Shown here: one piece after another, positions 44,681-56,499 of the stretch
Position numbering within the stretch: the first letter of the stretch is position 1
Layout of the letters: each line of letters begins with the position of its first letter
Assembly (NCBI GenBank): GCA_043808175.1
Contig: JAZDFE010000016.1
Span: 5,438 to 69,437, forward strand
Direction: 5' to 3'
Length of the DNA: 64,000 nucleotides
Source: Candidatus Omnitrophota bacterium
GTDB taxonomy: Bacteria > Omnitrophota > Omnitrophia > Omnitrophales > Aquincolibacteriaceae
Translations under genes and position numbers: made by a program
The notes under the pieces: model-generated
The model's input: the letters and a program-made list of their open reading frames with translations, nothing else
What the model was told of the DNA's origin: nothing
The model's database searches: none

Positions 44681-45851
44681 GCGGGTGTTGCCCGGAAACA
44701 AGACGGGAAAGATCTTTATACGAAAGAACGCTGGCCCCTTCGCGCTGCGCGGAGGCCCGTCCCCCATAGACAAGGTACTTTGCGAGAACTTCTTTCCCCA
44801 TGACCTTCGTAAGATATTTCAATCCCCTGAACCAGTCGGAATTAAGGGTTTCACCGGCTTTGATCTCCACCCCAATGACCTTGCGGGCCTTTTCGATCAA
44901 AAGATCGACCTCATTGCCCGCATTATCCCGGAAGTAATAAAGAGGCGCGGTCTTTCCGCTATTCCAAAAACTTTTCAGGATCTCGATCACGATAAAATTC
45001 TCGAAAAGCGGGCCGCGCAAAGGATCCCGGGCGCACTGCGCCGGTTTTTCGATCCCCAAAAGATACGCCGCCAGGCCGGTATCGTAGAAGTAAAGCTTCG
45101 GCGCTTTGGTCAGTCTTTTGTTGAAATTGCGATAATAAGCCGGGAGCAGGTAAACGATGTAACTTGCTTCCAGCACGGAAAGCCATTCCCTCGCAGTCGT
45201 ATGGGAAAGCCCCAGATCGTTCCCGATCGTGGAAAGATTCAAAAATTGTCCCGTGCGCCCCGCGCAGATCTTGAGGAACTTTTGGAAAAGCGAAAGACTG
45301 CGGACGGTCACGATCTGACGAACGTCTCGCTCAAGATAAGTGGCCACGTAGTTCGCCATCGCTTCCGTCGGATTGAGTTTCCGGTCATACACGCGGGGGT
45401 AGAATCCGGTATAAAGGATCTTATCGGCGGAAAACTTCTCTACCCGGGCGCCTAACTCCTGCATGGAAAACGGCAGGAGCCGCAAAAGCGCCACGCGACC
45501 GGCAAGGGATTGTTGAACGGATTTCAAAAGATCGAGGTTCTGGCTCCCGGTGAGAATATATAAGCCATTCTTACGTTCTTCATCCACGATCCCTTGCAAA
45601 TAGGAAAGAAGCTTGGGAACACGCTGGACCTCATCAAAAACAGCCCCGTGGGGATATGCCTTGAGGAACCCCCGCGGGTCCTGCTCCGCAAATTCACGAA
45701 CATCGGGGGTTTCAAATAGCACATAGGGTTTCTTGGGAAACACGTCGCGGCAGAGAGTTGTTTTTCCGGACTGCCGCGGTCCGGTCAAAAGCACCACCGG
45801 ATATTTTCTGGCGATCGCCGCTAATTTAGAAGCGAGAGTTCTTTTGATCAT
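44655..45851 (-). CDS. AAA-type ATPase with DUF4143 C-terminal domain
   Basis: Walker A LTGPRQSGKTT. Architecture typical of the AAA_14/DUF4143 family. Confidence 0.85.
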   Translation of the reverse strand: MIKRTLASKLAAIARKYPVVLLTGPRQSGKTTLCRDVFPKKPYVLFETPDVREFAEQDPRGFLKAYPHGAVFDEVQRVPKLLSYLQGIVDEERKNGLYILTGSQNLDLLKSVQQSLAGRVALLRLLPFSMQELGARVEKFSADKILYTGFYPRVYDRKLNPTEAMANYVATYLERDVRQIVTVRSLSLFQKFLKICAGRTGQFLNLSTIGNDLGLSHTTAREWLSVLEASYIVYLLPAYYRNFNKRLTKAPKLYFYDTGLAAYLLGIEKPAQCARDPLRGPLFENFIVIEILKSFWNSGKTAPLYYFRDNAGNEVDLLIEKARKVIGVEIKAGETLNSDWFRGLKYLTKVMGKEVLAKYLVYGGRASAQREGASVLSYKDLSRLVSGQHPQSRQTGLP

Positions 45852-45935
45852 GGGCGCATCCTAATCCGAAATATTACAGATTGCAAGTTAAACTTTCAAT
45901 CGGTAAAATAAGCGGCGTTCCTGCCACCCTCCCCC

Positions 45936-45987
45936 AATTCCGGGGACCCCGCATAACAAATCTACGGGGCAGGCACATCACTTGATT
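45936..45987 (-). repeat. D1 junction element directly 3' of the intact SNase gene
   Basis: aattccggggaccccgcataacaaatctacggggcaggcacatcacttgatt. Confidence 0.75.
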
Positions 45988-47166
45988 CTATTCCCTCACC
46001 CGAACCGCGTGGCCTTTTTCGATCAGTTCGTTGTTGAGATACAGATACGAGCCGTCTTTGTCAGTATGATACTCGAGCCCTGTGGCTCCAGTACCTCCAG
46101 CCGGGACTTGGATGTCCCGTGCTGGAAGGAACACGTCAGCGAGGTACCGGTCGTACTTGTCGGATTTGACGGTCCGAATAAGGATAGATTGTTTCGTCCC
46201 TGCGGGACTCGCAATGACGGACTCAACAAACGCTTTAGCTTCTTTGCCTTCTTTGCTCACGAGCTCGGGGGCGTCGAGGCCGCGGAGTCGGATGGTCTGG
46301 ACGCTGCGCACGCCGAAGCCAAGATCGATCACCGCCTTGAGCGTATCTCCGTCCAGGACTTCCACCACCCAGGCGCGGTAAGTATAGAGGTCGTCCGGAG
46401 TCCGTTTCGAAAGCTTGATCAGGTCCGAAGGCGCGGACGCGCCTCCCGGGAACGCAGAGACCACTTCAATGATCGCCCCTTCCTTAAAACGGAGGTCTTT
46501 GGACGTTCTGTAATAATTGGAGAACCCGAGGTCGATGACAACCTTCCCGGTCTCAGGGCCCACGGTGGCCTTGACCATCCTGTAAGTCCCGGGCTTCCCC
46601 GGCTGGGCCGTGAGCGGCGCCTCTTTCACCGGCGCCGGCGCCTCGCTTTTCGCGGCTTTGCGTTTTTTCACTTCTTCACGGGTTTGGTCTTGCGTCCAGT
46701 TTTCCTTCGCGGCCTTTTCTTCCAGCTCGGCACGCTCCACAGGATCGTTCATGGAAAGAAGTTCACGATAGTTAGCCCAGCTCAAGTCTCGCGGCGCCGC
46801 GAGAATGGGATAAGCGCGGTAAAATTCCAACATTCGATGGAGTTCCGACTCGCTCATCCCGAGGTCGGCAGCGAGTCTTGAAATGACCTGCTTACCATAA
46901 TCTGCCCTTTCCTTATGCTGAAGCACGTGTTCGTCGATCAGTTTGCCGATCTCCCACGCCTCGCGGACTTTCTCCTGCCGGACGGCCTGCTCCACACGGG
47001 CCTCGCTGGCCGCGTGAGCCTTGCGAATGGCGGCGACCAATTGATCGTACGTCTGGACTTGCGGCGTTGGGGCCGGCGGGTTCGCCGAAGGGGCCTCAGA
47101 CCATGACACAGACGGGGATATAAGGAAGAGCGTGAGGAGCGTACCCAAGAGGACCGTCTTTTTCAT
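45988..47166 (-). CDS. Secreted protein: DUF1016 (YhcG) N-terminal-like region + staphylococcal nuclease (SNase) domain
   Basis: Signal peptide, then ...MLEFYRAYPILAAPRDLSWANYRELL... and the SNase block VVEVLDGDTLKAVIDLGFG...IRLRGLDAPE...DKYDRYLADVF...YLNNELIEKGHAVRVRE. Confidence 0.7.
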   Translation of the reverse strand: MKKTVLLGTLLTLFLISPSVSWSEAPSANPPAPTPQVQTYDQLVAAIRKAHAASEARVEQAVRQEKVREAWEIGKLIDEHVLQHKERADYGKQVISRLAADLGMSESELHRMLEFYRAYPILAAPRDLSWANYRELLSMNDPVERAELEEKAAKENWTQDQTREEVKKRKAAKSEAPAPVKEAPLTAQPGKPGTYRMVKATVGPETGKVVIDLGFSNYYRTSKDLRFKEGAIIEVVSAFPGGASAPSDLIKLSKRTPDDLYTYRAWVVEVLDGDTLKAVIDLGFGVRSVQTIRLRGLDAPELVSKEGKEAKAFVESVIASPAGTKQSILIRTVKSDKYDRYLADVFLPARDIQVPAGGTGATGLEYHTDKDGSYLYLNNELIEKGHAVRVRE

Positions 47167-47237
47167 GCCGAAGGACCTTTCTTTCAGTGGAAGGTGTTAA
47201 GTAGTTTCCTGCGTCTCTTGCGGGGCCGTTCTTTTTT

Positions 47238-47555
47238 TTAATTTTCCTCGGGATTTTCCGTTTCGTCCCGGGCGGCCTCCAGATCGCCGATCCGAACGCC
47301 TAATTGAATCGCATTCCTCCAGACCGCCAGGGTTTCAGCGTTGTTCGCGCTGATCCTGCTTTCCAATTGGCTTATTTTTGTCTCGAGGGCTTCTAAGGCT
47401 TTTATTTTCGAGTCGCTCTCTTTAGCCTTTTTTTCCAATTCGTTCACCTTGGCTTTCAAAATGTCCATGCGGGAAGTGTCTTCGTACGCAAAAACCCGGG
47501 TGACGGGAAGGAGCAAAAAAATCAGACAGGACGCGAGAAGTATTTTCTTGTTCAT
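47238..47555 (-). CDS. Small secreted coiled-coil protein (family with 30842..31189)
   Basis: Signal peptide, then AYEDTSRMDIL, then heptads (KIKALEALETKISQLESRIS). Confidence 0.55.
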   Translation of the reverse strand: MNKKILLASCLIFLLLPVTRVFAYEDTSRMDILKAKVNELEKKAKESDSKIKALEALETKISQLESRISANNAETLAVWRNAIQLGVRIGDLEAARDETENPEEN

Positions 47556-47642
47556 TTCAGTTCTCCTCCTTTTTTATTTCATGAATGCGGGCGAACGGAA
47601 AGCGCGTTCAAGCCGGGACCTCCTTTCTAAAAGCCGGGACAA

Positions 47643-47735
47643 GGGACACGGGCCAAGAGCCAAGATCCACGTGGTACGTGGCCCGTGGAACGTGGCTCTG
47701 TTCCTACCGTGGCCCTTGGCCCGTTTCCCGTGGAG
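47643..47735. repeat. F1 heptamer-array hairpin
   Basis: gggacacgggccaagagccaagatCCACGTGGtaCGTGGccCGTGGaaCGTGGctc...ccgtggcccttggcccgtttcccgtgg. It lies about 15 nt after the acnA stop. Confidence 0.85.
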
Positions 47736-47749
47736 CGAGTAACAACTGC

Positions 47750-50472
<2,723 letters not shown>

Positions 50473-50476
<4 letters not shown>

Positions 50477-50880
50477 CGGATCCCTTTCCCATTCAGGAAG
50501 AGGCTGTATTGTTGGTCCACGTTCAGGATGTGGTGCTCGAGCCAGCCCGTCAAAAAAGTGATCATGTCCAGGGCAAGCGATGTCTGACCCATTTCAAGGT
50601 CCTTCTTAAAGATCGCGACCTTTTCCTTAAAGGACTCGTGTTCTTTCCTGTGCTCTTCATAACCCGAGAAAGAATACTCGCTCATCATGAGTTCTTCCGT
50701 GTCAAAGTGCGTGACGGCGTACATGGCAAGCTCCCAGACCCTGGCGCCCAGGAATTGGGGGTCACTCACCCTCCCCCTGCTGTCATAAAGATTTCCCAGG
50801 ATCTCGAAGAACCTTTTATGCTGTTCGTCAAGCACCCGGACGTTCACGCTGCATTTTTCATTCCAAACGGGGCGGAGCAT
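50473..50880 (-). CDS. Bacteriohemerythrin-like protein
   Basis: 135 aa. Has [10 protein letters not shown]...HFDTEELMM...HRKEHESF...[11 protein letters not shown] (His/Glu/Asp di-iron ligands). Its stop overlaps the acnA start (ATGA). Confidence 0.8.
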
Positions 50881-50904
50881 CAGTTTTATCCTTTATAGAA
50901 TCTT

Positions 50905-50977
50905 GCGCCACGTACCACGGACCATGGGCCACGAACCACGTGCCACGCAGCTTTTTCGTGACCCGTGTCCCGTGGCT
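50905..50977. repeat. F1 heptamer-array hairpin
   Basis: gcgCCACGtaCCACGgaCCATGggCCACGaaCCACGtgCCACGcag...gacccgtgtcccgtggctc. It abuts the IDH stop codon. Confidence 0.85.
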
Positions 50978-52060
50978 CTATTTCAGCTTTTTAATGATCG
51001 CCTGTCCCATTTCGCGCGTCCCGACCGCGGTGGGGTCGTTCCGGTCTTCTTTCAGATCGTAAGTCACGTTCTTGCCTTCGCGAATGACATCGGCCACGGC
51101 TTTTTCCAGGCGGTCCGCGGCTTGGGTCTCTCCCAGGTGCCGGAGCATCAGAACGCCTGAGAGAATGAGCGCCACGGGATTCACCTTGTTGAGACCTTTA
51201 TACTTCGGCGCGGAGCCGTGGGTCGCCTCGAAAAGAGCGCCGGCCGTTCCGATATTGGCGCCGGGGGCGACGCCGAGGCCACCGATAAGTCCCGCGCAAA
51301 GATCGGAAAGGATATCGCCGTAAAGATTCGGGAGGACGAGCACGTCATAAAGCTCGGGCTTTTGCACGAGCTGCATGCACATATTGTCCACGATGCGGTC
51401 CTCAAATTGAATGTCGGGGTACTTTTTGGCCACTTCGCGCGCGACCTCGAGGAAAAGTCCGTCCGAGAATTTCATGATGTTGGCCTTGTGGACGGCCGTG
51501 ACTTTTTTTCGCTTGTACTGCCGGGCGTAGTCGAACGCGAACTTCACGATGCGCTCAGTCCCGGTCACCGAGATCGGTTTGATGCTCAGACCGGAATCGG
51601 GGCGGATCTTCTTTTTGGAAAGCCTTTCGATGCAGGCGAGCAATTCCGTCACTTCGGGAGTCCCCTTTTGGAATTCGATGCCGGTGTAGAGGTCTTCGGT
51701 GTTCTCGCGCACGATCACGAGGTCGATATTCTTGTAACGGGAACGGACGCCGTCGTAGGATTTGCAGGGCCTGAGGCACGCGTAAAGGTCGAGCTCCTTA
51801 CGGAGCGCCACGTTCACGGAGCGGAATCCCGTGCCGACGGGAGTCGTGAGCGGGGCCTTGATGGCGACCTTGTTCTTGAGGATGGACTCCAGCACGCGCT
51901 CCGGAAGCGGCGTGCCTTCGCTCGCCATGACGTCCATGCCCGCGGTTTGAATGTCCCAATCAAATTTGACTCCCGTGGCCTCAAGGCACGCCCGGGTTGT
52001 TTCCGCCAGTTCAGGCCCGACGCCGTCGCCGGGGATCAATGTAACGCGATAAGATTTCAT
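50978..52060 (-). CDS. Isocitrate/isopropylmalate dehydrogenase family, probably NAD(P)-isocitrate dehydrogenase
   Basis: 360 aa with signature [19 protein letters not shown]. Proximity to aconitase favours IDH. Confidence 0.8.
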   Translation of the reverse strand: MKSYRVTLIPGDGVGPELAETTRACLEATGVKFDWDIQTAGMDVMASEGTPLPERVLESILKNKVAIKAPLTTPVGTGFRSVNVALRKELDLYACLRPCKSYDGVRSRYKNIDLVIVRENTEDLYTGIEFQKGTPEVTELLACIERLSKKKIRPDSGLSIKPISVTGTERIVKFAFDYARQYKRKKVTAVHKANIMKFSDGLFLEVAREVAKKYPDIQFEDRIVDNMCMQLVQKPELYDVLVLPNLYGDILSDLCAGLIGGLGVAPGANIGTAGALFEATHGSAPKYKGLNKVNPVALILSGVLMLRHLGETQAADRLEKAVADVIREGKNVTYDLKEDRNDPTAVGTREMGQAIIKKLK

Positions 52061-52168
52061 AAAACTCCTCGTTGTTTAGGGTTTCCGTTTCCTATGAGAA
52101 CATTGCGGTCCAAAGAGCCTTTAGATATCCTTGTCTTTCATTCTTTTCCTAAATGGTTGACAAGGATT

Positions 52169-52209
52169 GCCCCAATTTCAACCTCGTTGAAATTGATAGG
52201 TATTGGGAC
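52169..52209. repeat. F3 (CCCAAT) hairpin
   Basis: gccccaatttcaacctcgttgaaattgataggtattgggac. Confidence 0.7.
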
Positions 52210-52261
52210 TACAATGCCTCGCTCCCAAAGCCTGGGCTCACCCAAAGGATTCACATTTTAT

Positions 52262-53050
52262 ATGAAGAACACTCAAATTAAAAGAACGCTCTTGGAAGCG
52301 CTTGCCAAGGCCGGAAAGATCATCCGTTCGAACTTCGGCAAGGTGCAGACGATCACGAAGAAGGGCGAGTTCAACCTCGTGACGGAGATCGACAAGACTT
52401 CGGAGAAAGCGATCGTGGGGCTTATCCTGAAGCGCTTTCCGGGTCATTCGATCCTGGCCGAGGAATCCCCGGCCGTGAAAGGCTCCGGATGCCGCTGGAT
52501 CATCGACCCCATCGACGGGACGACGAACTTCGCGCACGGTTTTCCGGTCGTTTCGGTCTCGATCGGGTTCGAGAAGGACGGCCGGCTCGAAATGGGCGGC
52601 GTGTTCGATCCGTTCCGCAAGGAGCTTTTTCTCGCGGAGCGCGGCCATGGCGCGACCTTGAACGGCAAGCGCATCCATGTTTCAAAGGCAAGGACGCTCT
52701 CGGATTCTCTCCTTGCGACCGGCTTCCCCTACGACCGCAATACGAACCCGGATGATTATCTCAAGATGCTCCGTGTCTTCCTGATGCGGATCCAGGGCAT
52801 ACGCCGCGGGGGGTCGGCGGCGATCGATCTTTGTTATGTGGCCTGCGGCCGGTTCGACGGTTACTATGAAATGAAGCTCTCACCGTGGGACAAGGCGGGC
52901 GGAATGCTGATCGTCGAGGAAGCGGGAGGAAGGCTTACGGATTTCTCGGGGGCCCCTCTGATGCTTGCGGGATCCCAGAACCTTGCCACCAATGGGCTTA
53001 TCCACGCGGAGATGCTTGCGGCCCTTGAACCCTTTAAACATCTAAAGTAA
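52262..53050 (+). CDS. suhB: Inositol monophosphatase family protein
   Basis: WIIDPIDGTTNF and GSAAIDLCYVACGRFDGY motifs. I start it at the ATG at 52262 (MKNTQIKRTLLEAL), since the rest of ORF 51218..53050 is antisense to IDH. Confidence 0.88.
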   Translation: MKNTQIKRTLLEALAKAGKIIRSNFGKVQTITKKGEFNLVTEIDKTSEKAIVGLILKRFPGHSILAEESPAVKGSGCRWIIDPIDGTTNFAHGFPVVSVSIGFEKDGRLEMGGVFDPFRKELFLAERGHGATLNGKRIHVSKARTLSDSLLATGFPYDRNTNPDDYLKMLRVFLMRIQGIRRGGSAAIDLCYVACGRFDGYYEMKLSPWDKAGGMLIVEEAGGRLTDFSGAPLMLAGSQNLATNGLIHAEMLAALEPFKHLK

Positions 53051-53051
53051 G

Positions 53052-53181
53052 CCCCACGTTCCACGCACCACGTGGCCCGCACTGAACGGCCCATAAAAAT
53101 TTATAGGAAGTTTAGTGCGGCACTCGCTTACAATATGATTTTTTAATAGAGAGCCAGTGCCGTACATCGTGGCTCGTGGCC
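53052..53181 (+). repeat. Composite repeat: F1 tract - F2 two-hairpin element - F1 tract
   Basis: The first F1 tract is ccCCACGttCCACGcaCCACGtggcc (53052-78). F2 spans 53079-53161. The second F1 tract is catCGTGGctCGTGGcc (53165-81). The composite starts 2 nt after the suhB stop. Confidence 0.8.
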
Positions 53182-53239
53182 TGAATGAATACCGGTGACT
53201 TATGGAAAGAGATCATGCTGGATGGAGAAATCTGACACC

Positions 53240-53383
53240 ATGAAAAAAAAGACAGGACAACCCAAGTCCCGTCACGGTTGGGCCATCAATCCCAAGACGC
53301 GCGTGAAGCCCTCCAAGAAGCATTACCACAGAAAGACCGCGAAAAAGGCTGAAAAGCACTGGATGGATGAGCTTTTTGATTAG
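53240..53383 (+). CDS. Small highly basic hypothetical protein
   Basis: MKKKTGQPKSRHGWAINPKTRVKPSKKHYHRKTAKKAEKHWMDELFD. There is no support beyond the ORF itself. Confidence 0.3.
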   Translation: MKKKTGQPKSRHGWAINPKTRVKPSKKHYHRKTAKKAEKHWMDELFD

Positions 53384-53458
53384 CACTGTTCTCCATTTGA
53401 TGATAGGGGTTAACAGTGCTATACCGCATACCCTTAAATTTAAATGTCATGCGGTATT
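53384..53458 (+). repeat. F7: orphan copy of the rsmB leader/start region
   Basis: cactgttctccatttgatgataggggttaacagtgctataccgcatacccttaaatttaaatgtcatgcgg is about 85% identical by eye to the reverse complement of 59541-59617. Confidence 0.75.
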
Positions 53459-53476
53459 AGGGATGGCAGGGGCTGC

Positions 53477-53596
53477 CCAAGTCTTTATTTCTTTTTATTT
53501 AATGGCGCCCTCGTTCTCAATATTGGTTTATTGACAACGAGGACAGTCATGATTTCTTTTTTGAATTTTTTATAAATGAGAATCATGGCGACTTGG
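53477..53596. repeat. Expanded CCAAGTC..GACTTGG hairpin module (120 nt) with internal hairpins
   Basis: The outer stem is ccaagtc/gacttgg. The inner stems are cctcgtt..aacgagg and catgatt..aatcatg. Confidence 0.6.
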
Positions 53597-53644
53597 ACTG
53601 CACTGATTTTCAATTATTTCTTTATTAATGAAAATCAGGGGCTG

Positions 53645-53680
53645 AAAATAAAAAGCACCGGGTTTTGAGGCCCGGTGCTT
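53645..53680 (-). terminator. Rho-independent terminator (bidirectional shape) for the 53701 gene
   Basis: Stem agcaccggg/cccggtgct. The minus strand continues TTTTTATTTT. Confidence 0.7.
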
Positions 53681-53700
53681 TTGAAAATCTAAAATCCTGC

Positions 53701-54042
53701 TTACTTCTTCGCTGCGCCGCCGAGATCCACACCGTTGCCCGGCAACGGAACATCTACGGGGATCGGGAAGGTAACGAGCTGGACCGCGCCGCCGATCGTA
53801 ACCACGACAGCATCGATAAATCCTTGTCCAACGCCCGACCACGCGTTCTTGCCTTCGTTGGAATAGTCGTTAGGGGTGGTAAAAATCTTGGTCCACCCGA
53901 GGCACGTGTTCGTCAAGCCGAACCCGAGTTTACCCACGGTTTTTTCACCATAGGTTTTCTCTTCGGTCCACGGACTCGCTGCAAAAACTACCGGTGCGAG
54001 TATCATGGAGAGCACTATCACGAGACTCATGATCTTCTTCAT
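53701..54042 (-). CDS. Exosortase-system-associated TIGR04073-like small secreted protein (by recollection of the family pattern)
   Basis: Signal peptide, then KLGFGLTNTCLGWTKI...GVGQGFIDAVVVTIGGAVQLVTFPIP. Confidence 0.6.
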   Translation of the reverse strand: MKKIMSLVIVLSMILAPVVFAASPWTEEKTYGEKTVGKLGFGLTNTCLGWTKIFTTPNDYSNEGKNAWSGVGQGFIDAVVVTIGGAVQLVTFPIPVDVPLPGNGVDLGGAAKK

Positions 54043-54232
54043 TGACTTTCCTCCTTGGTTTTTAAAGCCCTAAAACAGCTGCGTCTTTTGCTGCATTGTG
54101 CCATAACTTGACGCCGCCGACAACCTTTAATATGCCTAAGGGTTATCGTCCTCTGATGTGTTTCCTTTATCTCTTTTTAGCCCTTTTTATCTACCTCTTG
54201 TCGGCCTGTCTCTGACCCGATATGATATTCCC

Positions 54233-55351
54233 ATGCGTAAGCCCTCCTCTTCACCCTTCACAAAACTCAGTCATTCGCTTCTCCGTTGGTATTCCCGGCA
54301 CAAAAGAGATCTTCCCTGGCGTCATACGCGCGATCCTTACAAGATCTGGGTTTCTGAGATCATGCTCCAGCAAACGCAGGTCGCGACGGTCATTCCTTAC
54401 TATAGACGCTGGCTCAAAACCTTTCCCACGCTTTCCTCCCTGGCAAACGTTCCTTTGTCAAAAGCCTTGGAACTTTGGGCGGGACTAGGCTATTACAAGC
54501 GGGTCCGGATGTTCCATCAAGCGGCAGGTTCCCTCCAAAGGGAGTTTCAGGGAAAGATCCCCGGAAGTTCGGAAGGGTTGAGAAAGCTGCCCGGCATCGG
54601 CCGCTACACCGCCGGAGCGATCGCCAGCATCGCTTGGGGCGAAAAGGTGCCGGCGCTGGACGGGAACGTGATCCGCATTCTCACAAGGATCTTCGCCCTC
54701 GCTCAAAGCGTGGACCGGCCCGCGACCCTGGAAAAACTTTGGTCGCTCGCGGCTTCGCTCCTCCCGGGAAAAAACCCTGGCGATCTTAATCAAGCGCTGA
54801 TGGAGTTGGGCGCCACCGTCTGCTTCCCCTCGGATCCGCAATGCGCCCGGTGTCCGGTCCATAAAGGTTGCGCGGCCCACCAAAAAGGAAGGGAGCTCTT
54901 TTATCCCGTCCGGTCTCGAAAATACCGTCCTGAAAAATTAAGGATGGCGGCCTTGGTGCTGCATAATCTCAAAAATGAAGTTTGGCTTGAAAAACAGCCG
55001 TGGCAGGGTCGATGGGGGGGGCTTTGGATGTTCCCTTTTTGGACGCATAAAAAAGAAATGCTGGAAGAACTCCGGTCTTTCCGCTCACGGCCGGTCCCGT
55101 TTTTGATCGTTCCCCACGTTTTTACAAAATACAGGGTCACGCTTGAGGTTTTCGAATCGTTGTGCAAAAAAAAGAGGCCCAGGAAGAAGCAATGCGGAAG
55201 GTGGTTCTCGATCGCGAAACTGGCCCGTACCGCTTTCCCGTCCCCGCACAGGAAAATAGCTCAGGCGCTTACTCTCTGGAGGGGACCGCTCAAACCTCTT
55301 TTCCCCAAAAGAGGCCTCGTGGAAAGGAAACCCGGGGCCCGGCTTACCTGA
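54233..55351 (+). CDS. mutY: A/G-specific adenine DNA glycosylase
   Basis: LLRWYSRHKRDLPWR...YKIWVSEIMLQQTQV, HhH-GPD region LPGIGRYTAGAI, 4Fe-4S cysteines C..C..C....C, and a NUDIX-like C-terminal domain. Confidence 0.9.
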   Translation: MRKPSSSPFTKLSHSLLRWYSRHKRDLPWRHTRDPYKIWVSEIMLQQTQVATVIPYYRRWLKTFPTLSSLANVPLSKALELWAGLGYYKRVRMFHQAAGSLQREFQGKIPGSSEGLRKLPGIGRYTAGAIASIAWGEKVPALDGNVIRILTRIFALAQSVDRPATLEKLWSLAASLLPGKNPGDLNQALMELGATVCFPSDPQCARCPVHKGCAAHQKGRELFYPVRSRKYRPEKLRMAALVLHNLKNEVWLEKQPWQGRWGGLWMFPFWTHKKEMLEELRSFRSRPVPFLIVPHVFTKYRVTLEVFESLCKKKRPRKKQCGRWFSIAKLARTAFPSPHRKIAQALTLWRGPLKPLFPKRGLVERKPGARLT

Positions 55352-55394
55352 CGATTATTACCGTATTAACAACCCTCGTAAACCCGAGAATCCT

Positions 55395-55616
55395 TTATAC
55401 GTTCATGCGGTCCGTCAACCAAGTATCCAGGACATCTTTTTTGAAGCGCCACTGCCCGCCAATCTTCGTTGCCGGAACCTCGCCCTTCTTCAGCAAACGG
55501 TAGATCGTTACAAGATGGAATCCGAGATATTTCGCCGCTTCCTTGGGCGTCATGATCTGGGATCTTTCCCTCTTGGGATATTGATGCTCTTGGATCGGTT
55601 CTTTTGCCTGTTCCAT
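55395..55616 (-). CDS. Excisionase-family helix-turn-helix DNA-binding protein
   Basis: MTPKEAAKYLGFHLVTIYRLLKKGEVPATKIGGQWRFKKDVLDTWL. Confidence 0.75.
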   Translation of the reverse strand: MEQAKEPIQEHQYPKRERSQIMTPKEAAKYLGFHLVTIYRLLKKGEVPATKIGGQWRFKKDVLDTWLTDRMNV

Positions 55617-55906
55617 TCTAGTTCTCCTTGTTTATTATTACTACTTTCGAGATAACTATAACTACATCATACAGCATAATCTATCTTATATGCTATAAAT
55701 TGTCAATAGTTGCTAGTTTTTGGTCTTTCCATATGTCTTTGTAAACTATTGTCTTCGCTTCGCTTACAAAAAAATTGCTGCGCTAAAAAAAATATTATTG
55801 CTTGTTATTTTTATTCATTGTAGTATCTAAGCCTGTTCGCGTTTTGTAAAAGGTTTTCCGCGCCCATTGGCCATCTTTAAAAATTCATAAAAAAGGGAGG
55901 TCGTTC

Positions 55907-56428
55907 ATGAAGAAAGCGAAGGTATTGTTGGCTCTTGTGCTCTGCACTTTTTTGCTGATCCCGATGAGCTTTGCGAAAGATGTTTGGGAACTGGCACAAT
56001 CTGATTCGTATAAAGAAAAAACCGGGGGGATGCTAGGTCGCGGTCTCTTAAACGCGGTCACGAGCCCCGTAGACATCGTGGTCCAAACGGTCAACAAAAC
56101 AAAAACCGAAACGCCTTTCATTGGAACCCTCAACGGCTTGGCGGGCGGCTTGGGCTGCACCGCACTTCGTGCCGGCTCGGGCATCATGGACGTCGCCCTC
56201 TTCTGGGTCCCGGGATTCAACGGCTTCCCCGTGGCGCGTTCTTATGACAATTGCTTAGAAGAGACTCCCGAAGTCGTACAGCCTGTCGAGGCCCCAGTGG
56301 TCCCTCAAGCTATCGGCGTCACAACCACGCCTCAGGAGCCCCTCGTGACGGTCACGGAAGCGCAACCCGCCCCGGTCCGTAAACACGTGACTAAAAAGCA
56401 TAACGCTTACGATTACGTGAAGAAGTAA
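55907..56428 (+). CDS. TIGR04073-like secreted protein with a Pro/Val-rich tail
   Basis: Signal peptide, then MLGRGLLNAVTSPVDIVVQT...GLGCTALRAGSGIMDVALFWVP. Confidence 0.6.
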   Translation: MKKAKVLLALVLCTFLLIPMSFAKDVWELAQSDSYKEKTGGMLGRGLLNAVTSPVDIVVQTVNKTKTETPFIGTLNGLAGGLGCTALRAGSGIMDVALFWVPGFNGFPVARSYDNCLEETPEVVQPVEAPVVPQAIGVTTTPQEPLVTVTEAQPAPVRKHVTKKHNAYDYVKK

Positions 56429-56444
56429 GATTCCTCTTCGGAAC

Positions 56445-56478
56445 AAAAAAGCCCCGCTCAACGGCGGGGCTTTTTTTT
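56445..56478 (+). terminator. Rho-independent terminator (bidirectional)
   Basis: aaaaaaGCCCCGCtcaacgGCGGGGCtttttttt, between the convergent 55907 gene and pyrE. Confidence 0.85.
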
Positions 56479-56499
56479 GGAATGTCCCGGCCCGGGTTC

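Noticed and set aside
51218-52261. Upstream 348 codons of ORF 51218..53050
   Set aside because: This part is antisense to the isocitrate dehydrogenase gene. IMPase homology begins only at the ATG at 52262.
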